DNA of 64,000 nucleotides from Octopus vulgaris. Taxonomy: Eukaryota. A program made the translations under genes and the position numbers. Below the pieces are notes generated by a model. The model had not been told where the DNA came from, did not search any database, and saw nothing but the letters and a program-made list of their open reading frames with translations. The first letter of the stretch is position 1; each line of letters begins with the position of its first letter. Of the stretch, positions 13,054 through 24,285 are shown in pieces. The DNA is taken from the NCBI GenBank assembly GCA_951406725.2, contig OX597839.1:34658001-34722000 (forward strand). Reading direction: 5' to 3'.

Positions 13054-13532
13054 TATTGGGTTGGTGAATAATTATTGCGGCTTTTTTCAACAAATTTTAT
13101 CCAACAAAAACAATAACAACGTTTAAGAAAAACATCTTTAAATGATGGTCTGATCGTCTGCCAAGCAAATGGGAAGCAGTAATTGAAGTAGATGGTGAAT
13201 ATGCTCCGGAATAATCATTTAACCCTTTCGTTACCACCCGGCTGAAACCGGCTCTGGTTTTGAGTACAAATGTCTTGTTTTCATAAGTTTTTAATTAAAA
13301 TCTTCCACCAAATCTTAGTCACAATTAACGCTCCTAACATTAGCTTAATGATAACTAAGTTTATTTTATTAAACTCTTTATTATATTTAAAGTAATTGAA
13401 AGAAACACAGAGCATCTCAAAATAAATACAGTAACGATAGGGTTAAAGATGTTTTTGTTACATGTTGTTATTGTTTTTGTTGAATAAAATTTGTTGAAAA
13501 CAAAGCCGCAATAATTATGCACCAACCCAATA
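13054..13532 (+). mobile_element. Mariner-derived MITE (TA TSD) carrying a nested piggyBac-type MITE
   Basis: Imperfect TIRs of ~90 bp (tattgggttggtgaataattattgcggc / gccgcaataattatgcaccaacccaata). Internal DRLPSKWEAVIEVDGEYAPE* is a mariner C-terminus. Confidence 0.85.
13219..13446. mobile_element. piggyBac-type MITE P1
   Basis: TTAA-ccctttcgttac...gtaacgataggg-TTAA. Confidence 0.85.
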
Positions 13533-13989
13533 TATCATAATCTACATCTTAAAAAAAAACACATCTGAGAAAATTTTGATTTCAAATGCCTTTTTCATGA
13601 AGGTATGAGGAAACAAAGACCAGTCAGACAGCAAACTGCAATTATGCTATTCTGGATTCTCCCATTGTTAGACAACATACGAGGGGTCTGCAATTTCTTG
13701 GTGAACGACGACACAGATGATTTTTTTAGGGATCAAGTGTTTGTGTAGGGCAATAGCTCAGTCCCTCCGTTAAATTGACAGCAGCTGTACATGTGCGCAA
13801 GTGTGCTACATATCCAGTGTCGAAATGATCGCAGGCCAATGCGAAATGAAGTGTTTTGCTCAAGAAAACACAACACCTGATCTTGGAATCAAAGCCACAA
13901 TCATGAATGCAACACCCGAACCACTAAGCCAATGTGCCTTCACACACACACAGAGGCCACATCATTGGTGAGATTATGAACGACAACAA

Positions 13990-14276
13990 AAGCTGTTCTT
14001 CACTCCTGCTCCAGAGCGTCGGCTGCGGGGTCACTCCGAAAAGCTCTATCTGCGACGATTTCATCTCAATCGAAGGAGAGGGGCTTTCTCCGTCTGGGTT
14101 GCAAATCCGTGGAATAAGCTGCTAGACGAAATAGTGAAGATGCCGACGACCGCTCGGTTCAAAGTCTCCCTTGACTACAAGTGGCCTGAACTCTTTACAT
14201 GAACACCACCCTGTACATAACTCCATGTCCCCCTACATGGCCTTGCTTTTTGAGCCAAAAAATTAACTAACTAACA
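13990..14276 (+). mobile_element. CR1-type LINE 3' fragment (inverted relative to 12451-12790)
   Basis: Same RGHSEKL...WNKL...FKVSLD frame and aactaactaac tail. Confidence 0.85.
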
Positions 14277-14429
14277 AAAGGACTTTCGATAAACCTGAGT
14301 GATTGGTTGACACACTGATTAATCAGTCGTGCAGTGAATTGATTAAATGGTTAACTATTTGACAAATATAAATTGAAACAGAACCGGTGCATGTGTTATT
14401 GTTGGCAATAACGACCCTCCCAAAATGTG

Positions 14430-14722
14430 TGTGTGTGTGCTGTTAGTTTGTGGGTCGGCTGCATTTTAAGCATACAAGAATACCTTCTCAATGCACCTGG
14501 TGACGAACACCTGAAAGTAAGACAATTCGCATGAGGTCCCTTTTGGAGTAACAGATTTCAATGTTTCATGATTGTTGTGGCTTGTTGCTCCAAGGGACCC
14601 GATGTGAGTTGTTTCGCGTGCCTATGACTTTCAGGGCTTTATTTTTTAACACCTGACACACTGAGAATATATTCTCTCACGCCTAAAATACAGCCGACCC
14701 ACAAACTAACAACCCACACACC
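14430..14722. mobile_element. MITE-like element with imperfect terminal inverted repeats of ~60 bp
   Basis: tgttagtttgtgggtcggctgcattttaagc...ttctcaatg versus cactgagaa...gcctaaaatacagccgacccacaaactaaca. Confidence 0.65.
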
Positions 14723-15084
14723 TTATGTATGCATATCTGATTTATATATATATATATATATACACCTCGAGCTACTTCTAATTCATACTTGAATATATAC
14801 ACGCAAATATACATACATACACACATGTACATATGTATACATACACACACACCGTTTTTGTATCTTGTTTGCAAGATTCTTGATGTGAATTTGTTGAAAA
14901 CAATCTTGTTTCGGGAGGGTCACTCGGCCAATAACACATGCACTGGTTCTATTTCACTTCTTCGTTAAAACGATCAATTAGTTAGTTGGTTGGTTAAATA
15001 TTTAAGCAATTGACTAACAATAAAGAAGTGATATTGAAAAAAAATGTGTTTATTATCATTGGAGTAATAGCCCGATATATATAT

Positions 15085-15517
15085 TTTTTTTCTCTCTCTC
15101 TCTCCTTGTTTTTTCTGTGTCCCTTTCTGTAGAAGAGCATAGGCTCGAAACGTAAAAGAGTTTTTCTATTCCTGAGCGTTATACTAATACATCTGTTTGT
15201 TTTGTACACCACCTGTCTTCGTCTTTTTCATAAACTACCCTATATATATATGTCACATTTTTTTCTTTCCTTGTTTTTACCCCTCTGCAAAGGAATTTTA
15301 TTTAATTCCTCTGCAGGAAGGACTGGATCGACGGGTCGTGTTCTGTCCTTACCTTCGAAACACGCATTGAGTCGATCCAGGGACAGCTGATGAAGGGGAA
15401 TATTCCTTGTATTGTTTGTCTTGTACTCTGTTTCTTCGTTGTTAAAAAAAGTCCGTTTCCTAGTTTGATTTTATGTTTTCGTTTCTCGTGTTCTACGTTT
15501 ATTTGTGGTGTCCTGTA

Positions 15518-15557
<40 letters not shown>

Positions 15558-15620
15558 TGTAGTTGTAGGTACGTACATATATGTATGTATGTATGTATGC
15601 ATATATTTTATTTATTACAT
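15085..15620 (+). mobile_element. Penelope-like fragments with degenerate hammerhead motifs, bounded by (TA)n
   Basis: ctttCTGTAGAagagcataggctcGAAAcGTAaaag at 15123-15158, plus ccttcgaaac...ctgatgaagggg at ~15350-15400. Confidence 0.5.
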
Positions 15621-15627
15621 TATATAT

Positions 15628-16018
15628 ACTCTTTTACTCTTTTACTTGTTTCAGTCATTTGACTGCGGCCATGCTGGAGCACTGCCTTTAGTCGAACAGA
15701 TCGACCCCAGGACTTATTCTTTGTAAGCCTAGTACTTATTCTATCGGTCTCTTTTGCCGAACCGCTATGTGATGGGGACGTAAACACACCAGCATCGGTT
15801 TTCAAGCAATGCTAGGGGGACAAACACAGACACACAAACATACACATACACACATATATATACGACAGGCTTCTTTCAGTTTCCGTCTACCAAATCCACT
15901 CACAAGGCTTTGGTCGGCCCGGGGCTATAGCAGAAGACACTTGCCCAAGATGCCATGCAGTGGTACTGAACCCGGAACCATGTGATTGGTTAGCAAGCTA
16001 CTTACCACACAGCCACTC
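15628..16018 (-). mobile_element. SINE family A
   Basis: Matches the family consensus. Confidence 0.9.
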
Positions 16019-16429
16019 ATATATAAAGTTTAATATTTCCGTCTTGTGACAGAGAAGAGCACTGGCCTGAAATGTCTTACAAGGACACGTGAGAGATGTG
16101 TTAAAAAGCGTAAATTTTTCGTTTTATCTACCAAAAGTAGCAGCCAAATCTCCCTCAGATCACACACATATTTAGATAAATGTAAGACCTAGTTGCAGTG
16201 TGTCTTGTAAAAAAAAAATTTTTTTTAATGAAAAAGGTGAGAATGTCACAGCTGGAATGGCTCTGACCAATAACGTCGGACGAATTCAGTCCCAACAACC
16301 GAGGTATTTGTTTAGTTTCTGTTGTTTGATGTAGTTTGCCAGAAAATGTGGCTTTCGGCATCTTTTTGCAGAACGACCGACGATCTTCAGTTTCCAGTCA
16401 TGGGACAGAGAAGGAATTACAAGGAAATG

Positions 16430-17165
16430 GAAAGAAGTGAGGAAGGAGGAATAGGGAGAGCATGGAGAGTGAGAAGGGGGGAGGCTGATAGGGTGAGAGA
16501 GAGAGAAGAGAAGAGACTGAGAAGGGGGGAGGCTGATAGGGTGAGAGAGACAGTGACGGAGATTGGGAGAGAGAGAGAAGAGTGTGAGTGAGAGTGTAAA
16601 AGTGAGTGTGAGAGTGAGTGTGAGAGAGGGTGACGGAGGCTGGGAGAGAGAGAGAAGAGTGTGAGTGAGTGTGAGAAAGAGAGAGAGATTAAGAGAGTGA
16701 GTGACAGTAAGAGTGAGTGTGAAAGTGAGAGATTGGGACAGACAGAAAGAGAGAGGAAGAATTTGTGAGAGAAAGAGAGAGTGAATGAGTGAGAGAGAGA
16801 GAGAGGTGCACAGAGAGTAAAATATGGAGAAATCTTGAGGAAAAGTTTAAGGAAAAGAAAACGAGGTGATGGAAACAAAAGAAAGGAAAAGAGAAAGACG
16901 AAATGAGAGAGGAGACATGAGGGGATGAAGGAAGAGGGAAAGCAAGGGAGAGGGGAACAGAAGAAAGGGAGAAAAATCGGGGGGAGTAATGTAAGAAGAA
17001 AGCGGGGATAGGTGTAAAGAGAGAGGGGGGAAGAAAAGGGAGATGTAAAGACGAAGGAGGGGGAACTGAAAAAAAAAGGAGAGGAAAGGAAATATAGTGA
17101 GGAGTGGTAGTGTGAGTGAAGAAAGGGGAGGGAGTGTAAAAAGGTAGGGGACGGGGGGGGAAAGC
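16430..17165. repeat. Long polypurine (GA/GT-rich) low-complexity tract
   Basis: Seen directly; includes a local duplication of gagaaggggggaggctgatagggtgagaga. Confidence 0.8.
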
Positions 17166-17284
17166 GTCTCGTGACACGAGAAGGTAAAAATGAACGCCAG
17201 AAATGGTTGGGATATTTATTGTAGAAGAGAGAGATTTTCAACATACATTGATAGATGTAACCAGTCTATAAACTAGCCATAATA

Positions 17285-17350
17285 ATGTGTATGTATATGT
17301 GTGTATATATATATACACACATACATATATATATATATATATACACATAC

Positions 17351-17381
<31 letters not shown>

Positions 17382-17877
17382 CACACACATATATATACAC
17401 AAATATATATATATACACACACACACATATATACACACATATATATATATACACACATACACATATATATATACACATATATATACACACATACACATAT
17501 ATATATACACATATATATACACACATACACATATATATATACACATATATACACACATACACATATATATATATACATATATATACACACATACACATAT
17601 ATATATATACATATATATACACATATACACATATATATATACACATATATATACACACATATATATACACATATATATACACATATATATATACACATAT
17701 ATATACACACATATACATATATATATACACATATACACATATATATACATATATATACACATATATATATATACACACATACACACACGCACATATATAC
17801 ACACATACACACACGCACATATATATATATATATATATACACATATATATATATATATATATACACACATACATATA

Positions 17878-17909
<32 letters not shown>

Positions 17910-18010
17910 CACACACATATATATACACACACATAAACATACAATTATATTTAAAACACAAACCTATATATACACACATATAGTGTGAATATATATATTA
18001 ATATATACAT
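17285..18010. repeat. (TA/CA) compound microsatellite of ~700 bp
   Basis: Seen directly; source of six spurious ORFs. Confidence 0.95.
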
Positions 18011-18528
18011 AAAATGCATAATACACGCTGACACACATTGATTCTCGTCCCAGTAGGGACTGAACACCCAACGCAGGGTTTAGTTCCACTACGTGACCCC
18101 TTGGGCGAGTGCTTTCTACAACAGCCCTGACAGGATAAGTATTGGATTTTAAAAAGTTAAGAACTGCGGTCGACTTGTTGGACTAAACGCTTCAAGATGC
18201 TGCCCCAGCATGGCCATACTTCAATGACAAACTAGAAAGATACACACACACACACATATATATATAAACATCTATATATTATATAACACACACACAGCTG
18301 TATTTATTTTACTGCCATAAATTGATAAAAGCAGAACCTATTTACGACACATCGTCCTAGCTGCCAGTAGTCACTTCCTCTCCCCTGAACCACTTCCTAG
18401 TGACATCCATCCATAACTAGTTGTTCCCACCATCATCTCCTCTGCTCAACTAATATTTACACACACACACATAATTCTCATTCTCCACTCATTACATTCA
18501 TCCCATATATATATATATATATATATAT

Positions 18529-18892
18529 AGGCGTAGGAGTGGCTGTGTGGTACGTAGCTTGCTTACCAGCCACATTCCGGGTTCAGTCCCACTGCGTGGC
18601 ACCTTGGGCAAGTGTCTTCTACTACTTGTGAGTGGATTTGGTAGACGGAAACTGAAAGAAGACCGTCATATATATGTATATATATATATATATTACGTGT
18701 GTGTGTCTGTGCTTGTCCCCCCAACATCGCAGGGTTTAGCAACCGATGCTGGTGTGTTTACGTCCCCCGTAAGAGAATAAGTAGATAGAATAAGTACCAG
18801 GGTTACAAAGAATAAGTCCTGGGGGCGATTTGCTCGACTAAAGGCGGTGCTCCAGCATGGCCACGGTCAAATGACTGAAACAAGTAAAAGAG
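18529..18892 (+). mobile_element. SINE family A with internal deletions
   Basis: Matches the family consensus. Confidence 0.8.
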
Positions 18893-19079
18893 ATATGTCC
18901 CCGACACACACCTCAATACCTATATTTCCATCAAACCATCACTCGCCCCTATACAGACACTTGCAACCAGCAGCGCCCCTCTTTAGCTTCTTGGTGATAT
19001 GTTCGCTTGATAACTTGCATAACCGTTACTGCCTCGGACAAAATGCTTAGCAGCAATTTTTTTTCTAAGTGCGGCTCAT

Positions 19080-19615
19080 TACGTTCCGAGTCAACTTTGC
19101 CATTCAGGGTCGATAAAATAAAGTATCTATTTCTTTACTACCCACAAGGGGCTAAACACAGAGTTCGACGAACAAGGACAGACAAACGGATTAAGTCGAT
19201 TACATCGACCCCAGTGCGTAACTGGTATTTATTTTATCGACCCCGAAAGGATGAAAGGCAAAGTCGACCTCGGCGGAATTTCAACTCAGAACGTAACGGC
19301 AGACGAAATACCTATTTCTTTACTACCCTCAAGGGGCTAAACACAGAAGGGACAAACAAGGACAGACAAACAGATCCAGTCGATTATATCGACCCCAGTG
19401 CGTAACTGGTATTTATTTTATCGACCCCCACAAAAGGATGAAAGGCAAAGTCGACCTCGGCGGAGTTTGAACTCAGAACGTAACGGCAGACGAAATACCG
19501 CTAAGCATTTCGCCCGGCGCGCTAACGTTTCTGCCAGCTCGCCGCCTTCCAGGGTCGATAAAATAAAGTACCACACAAGTCCTGGCGTCGATGTAATCGA
19601 CTAACACCCTCCAAC
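19080..19615 (-). mobile_element. SINE family B, tandem copies
   Basis: Two ~185-bp units plus the head ctgccagctcgccgcc at ~19530-19548. Confidence 0.8.
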
Positions 19616-20176
19616 TAAAATCACTAGCCTGGTGTCAAAAATTGAAACGATATTATATTAGCTTGAATGTACACCGATACCTCGTCACCACCATCTTTGT
19701 AATTCTTCCAGCACAATTCCGTCCACCTCGACTAACACGTACATAATGAAGGGGAAGAGCAGACCTGAATCTCCGCCACCACGAAACGAACCTGTTCTTC
19801 CCATCGTGTTTCAACCACAATGCCTCGGAGAAAGCCACGATTCTTTCTCTCCTTTTCGTCCCTTCAGTCATGGCGACCCCACTTATGTTGGTGCAACGGC
19901 AAAGGTGCCCGATATCATCTGAAATGGTCGGTGTTAAGGACCGTCAAGTAATAGAAACTACACAGAAACTGAAGGATTGGAGAAAAATGTGGGTCTCTCA
20001 TCCGTCGGAACCTGTCAAACCATCCGGCACATGTCGCCATGGAAATAGGACAAACTGTTCGTCATCATGGCACATTTATATAGACACGCACACACAAGTA
20101 TATACGTACGTAGAAGTGTATATAATACGTGTATAATCTACTACATATGTAGTATATATCTTTACATATACACAGA

Positions 20177-20215
<39 letters not shown>

Positions 20216-20216
20216 T

Positions 20217-20540
20217 GCGCAGGGGTGGCTGTGTCGTAAGCTTGCTTCCCAACCACATGGTTCCGAGTTCAGTCCCACTGCATGGCACCTTGGGTAAGTG
20301 TCTTCTACAAACCCTTGTAAGCGGATTTGGTAGACGGAAATTGAAAGAAGCCTGACGTGTGTGTGTGTGTCCACCATCGGTTGTCAAGCGATGGTGTGTT
20401 TATGTCTCCGTAACTTAGCGGTTCGGCAAAAAAAAACAGAAGAATAAGTACTAAGCTTCCAAAGAATAAGTCCTGGGATCGATTTGTTCGACTAAAGGTG
20501 GTGCTCCAGCATGGCCGCAGTCAAATGACAGAAACATAAG
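20217..20540 (+). mobile_element. SINE family A
   Basis: Diverged match to the family consensus. Confidence 0.75.
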
Positions 20541-20839
20541 AAACAGCGTGCATATATGCCTGTACATCCAACGGATACGATGAATGGATGGGCGAACAGG
20601 TTTAATTTTAGAAACATATCTTTTCAATTTTATTTAACAGAACAATTCATAAATGTATGTATAATGGAGAAGTATTACACCTGGATTTCTTCAGCTTTAA
20701 GCAAGGTGCCATTCATTTTTCGGAATAGGAGGGGCGTCTGCGCAGGTAGATATGATGGGCCTAGAGCAGTAAATACATCCAAATTTGTCGCCAACATCCG
20801 TCTTGGCCTGTTTACTGAACCAGTAACCAGTCTCAAAAG

Positions 20840-21018
20840 CAGTGGTCTTCAACCAGGGTTCCGCAAGAAGTTACAAAACTGCTAAAATCGACAGTAATTT
20901 TTAATTCTCCTGTGCAGATATGTGTGCATAAGACTATTAAATTATTGCCCAGGGGTTCCTCGAGCCAGTGGAATGTTTTCTTGGGGTTCCGCTCCAGCAA
21001 AAAGTTTGAAAAGCACTG
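20840..21018. mobile_element. hAT (Charlie-like) MITE
   Basis: Ends CAGTGgtcttcaa...ttgaaaagCACTG. 8-bp TSD ctcaaaag (20832-39) / ctctaaag (21019-26), one mismatch. Confidence 0.8.
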
Positions 21019-21214
21019 CTCTAAAGTATGTTTTCTTCTAACGGTACATAAGTTTGCGCCTGGCCTCTTCATGGTCCACACGCGGTAACCGAATTTTTCA
21101 CACTCGGCAAACTTCTATCATTAGCCTCTTCGAAGAATAATAACTTATCGATCCCCACCGCTGCTATCATGTCAATTTTTCTAAGACAATTTTTTTTTTT
21201 TAATCTTTATTTAT

Positions 21215-21640
21215 AAGCCTTGTGAGTGGATTTGGTAGACGGAAACTGAAAGAAGCCCGTCGTATGTATATATGTATATATATATATGTAGGTCCCGGGT
21301 TGAGTCGGGGTTAACCACAGTAAATAAGGTACTCAATACATAGCAGAGTAAATTAATTTATTTTATAGAAGGAGCTTCTACAGGACTAGAACTGTTTCAT
21401 TCAAATATATATGTATGTGTGTGTGTGTTTATGTGTCTGTGTTTGTCCCCCTAGCATTGCTTGACAACCGATGCTGGTGTGTTTAAGTCCCCGTTACTTA
21501 GCGGTTCGGCAAAACAGACCGATAGAATATGTACTGGGCTTACAAAAGAATAAGTCCCGGGGTCGAGTTGCTCGATTAAAGGCGGTGCTCCAGCATGGCC
21601 GCAGTCAAATGACTGAAACAAGTAAAAGAGTAAAAAGAGT
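21215..21640 (+). mobile_element. 5'-truncated SINE family A with a foreign ~115-bp insert in its internal (TA)n
   Basis: The insert at 21289-21404 is absent from other copies. Confidence 0.75.
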
Positions 21641-22714
21641 ATATATATATATAAATATAAACACAGCGAAAATGCATGTACGTGTGTATATGACATCCAT
21701 TAAAGCTGTTTAAGTATGTATAACATACAATTTTTTTTTTATTTTACGTACATGTTATTATATAAAGTGCAGAGGGAAAGTTGTAAATAACAAAGCAAAA
21801 CGTAGATATGCACAGCTATATATATACACATATATAAACATTGATTCGTGTCTCACATAACAACCCAACTGATGTGCACATAGAAAACCTATTTACGTAA
21901 CCCTAAACATACAGAAAAATGCGCGCAAATACGCACGCACGCGCACATACACGCACGCACACATACACACGTTACGCGCGTATGTGTGTGTGCGCCCGCC
22001 CACACGAAAACAGTAGGGAGTTGTTTACAAACTGGTACAGCCGAAGAAACGACGGAAAAAAGCGCGGGAGAGTTGGTGGGAGCGTTGCACGAAGTAAACA
22101 AGAGAGAGAGGGGAGGAGGAGGAGAAGAAACGTAAAAGAGGAGAGGGAGGGAGAAGTACACTGAAGAGTTGAAAAGAAAGAGAAAGAGGGAACGAAAGAA
22201 AGAGTAAGAGAGGGGGAGTGAAAGACAAAGGGAGGGGGAGGGAGGGGGAGGGGAGGAGGAGGAGAAAAAACGTAAAAGAGGAGAGGGAGAGAGAAGTACA
22301 GTGATAGAGTTGAAAAGAAAGAGAAAGAAGCGAACGAAAGAAATAGTAAGAGAGGGGGAGTGAAACACAAAGAGAGACAGAAAGAAACAGTGAGAGAGAG
22401 AGAGAGGGAGGGGATGAGGAAACTCTTGACGCAGCGGAGGAGACGATATGAAAAATATGAAAGATTCTGAGAGATATGGAGAATATGAAAATAAAAAAAA
22501 TACCAATAAGAGGTAAAAGGTTGATAAATAACAGAATAAGAGGAAACTAAAGAAAACTTGTAGGCAGGTATGGGATAATAATTAATAATGTGTGTGTGCA
22601 CATGGGTTTAATTAGCCATTTTATAATTACAAATCTGAATTAGGAGCAGAGAAAGGGCGAAAGATGGCCTAAAGTTGACGTCTAAATATCGTGGAAGAGC
22701 GAACGATTTAATGT

Positions 22715-23050
22715 TACCTGTTTCTTTACTACCCACCACAAGGGGCTAAACACAGAGGGGACAAACAAGGACAGACAAACGGATTAAGTCGATTATATCG
22801 ACTCTAGTGTGTAACTGGTACTTGATTTATCGACCCCGAAAGGATGAAAGGCAAAGTCGACCTCGGCGGAATTTGAACTCAGAACGTAGCGGCAGACGAA
22901 ATACCCATTTCTTTACTACCCAGAAGGGGCAAAACACAGAGGGGGCAAACACGGACAGACAAACGGCTTAAGTCGATTATATCGACCCCAGTGCGTAGCT
23001 GGTACGTATTTAATCGACCCCAGTGTGTAACTGGTACTTATTTAATCGAC
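22715..23050 (-). mobile_element. SINE family B, tandem copies
   Basis: Repeated ttctttactaccc...gtcgattatatcgac units. Confidence 0.8.
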
Positions 23051-23051
23051 C

Positions 23052-23136
23052 CGCCTTTCTCATCCACGTGATCCCAATCGTCCTCCTGAAATCGTAACTC
23101 CACCGTCGTGGAGGTCTTCCGGGTGGTCTCTCCTGA
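23052..23136 (-). mobile_element. RTE LINE 3' fragment
   Basis: ERPPGRPPRRWSYDFRRTIGITWMRKA, the RTE ORF C-terminal GRP..RW motif. Confidence 0.6.
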
Positions 23137-23151
23137 ATATATATATATATG

Positions 23152-23418
23152 CCAGAGTAAACACATAAATGTGAAACAAGGTGGAAAAAAGAGTACTCAA
23201 ATACCAGTGGTAGAGTAATATGCTTTATTTAAAAGCACAGAAATTTAACAAAAGCTGTTACTCGGAGTTTCACGTTCCTGTCCGACGAACGGGACCGTGA
23301 AACTCCGAGTAACAGGTTTTGTTGAATTTCTGTGCTTTTAAATAAAGCATATTACTCTACCACTGGTATTTGAGTACTCTTTTTTCCACCTTGTTTCACA
23401 TTTATGTGTTTACTCCGG
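23152..23418. repeat. Near-perfect 267-bp palindrome (probable inverted Penelope-like termini) inserted in (TA)n, with a hammerhead motif at its centre
   Basis: Arms of ~125 bp are almost exact reverse complements (ccagagtaaacacataaatgtgaaacaagg... / ...ccttgtttcacatttatgtgtttactccgg). Confidence 0.9.
23277..23316 (+). ncRNA. Minimal type I hammerhead ribozyme motif (U4C core variant)
   Basis: cctgt-CCGACGA-acgg ga ccgt-GAAA-ctc c gag-TA-acagg. Stem I 5 bp, stem II 4 bp, near-palindromic stem III, GUA cleavage triplet. Confidence 0.55.
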
Positions 23419-23871
23419 TATATATATATATATAAAGATCAGGAGAACAGACAGATATATTTACACATCGAAGTTTTAATAGTTAACCACATCTTTATTA
23501 ATTGTTTCTCTACCGACACTGTGCAGTCTTCTGAGAACATTTCGATTTACCAGAGTGAGGATTAACCAAGTACAGTAAATTGAACTGACTGGAGTTTATC
23601 TACACTGACTGAGGTTCGCGAACATTTGTTAACCTACAAGAGCAAACACGGAACCCGCTAGGATTACGTATCCGTCTGAACTGTTTTTGGAAACATTAAA
23701 AGATTTATGAATTTCCATTCAAAATTTCTCGTTATTAAGGCGGCATAACGCTAATAAGCTTCCCATAAAGTTACTCTGGAAGATGGGAATAATAAGCGAT
23801 GGCCAGAAAAAATAGCACAAGGAGCTTTTAATGAGCGCACGCAAAACAGTTTTACATAAACGAACTTAAAA

Positions 23872-23920
<49 letters not shown>

Positions 23921-23923
<3 letters not shown>

Positions 23924-24245
23924 TTTATTCTGTTACACGTTTGTCATTAGACTGCGGCCATGCTGGAGCACCGCCTTTAGTCGAACAAATCGACCCCAGG
24001 GCTTATTCTTTGTAAGCCCAGTACTTATTCTAGCGGTCTCTTTTGCCGACCTCCTGCTAAGTTACGGGGACGTAAACACACCAGCATCGGTTGTCAAGTG
24101 ATATTTGGGGGACAAACACAAACATATACATGTGTGTGCGTGTGTATTCAACGGGCTTCTTTCAGTTTCCGTCTACCAAATGAACTTGTAAGGCTTTGGT
24201 CGGCCCGAGGCTATAGTGGCAGACACGGAGTGGAACTGAACCCAA
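23921..24245 (-). mobile_element. SINE family A preceded by a long (TA)n
   Basis: Matches the family consensus. Confidence 0.8.
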
Positions 24246-24247
24246 AA

Positions 24248-24285
<38 letters not shown>

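Noticed and set aside
14485-14540. Hammerhead-like ctggtga...gaaag inside a MITE
   Set aside because: The core is mutated, stem II does not pair, and there is no correctly placed UH cleavage site.
19120-19550. Regularly repeated units resembling a CRISPR array
   Set aside because: Tandem SINE units of ~185 bp with no unique spacers and no cas genes, in a eukaryotic context.
20680-20830. Open minus-strand frame MLATNLDVFTALGPSY...EEIQ
   Set aside because: Poor donor (GTGTAA) and no recognisable homology.
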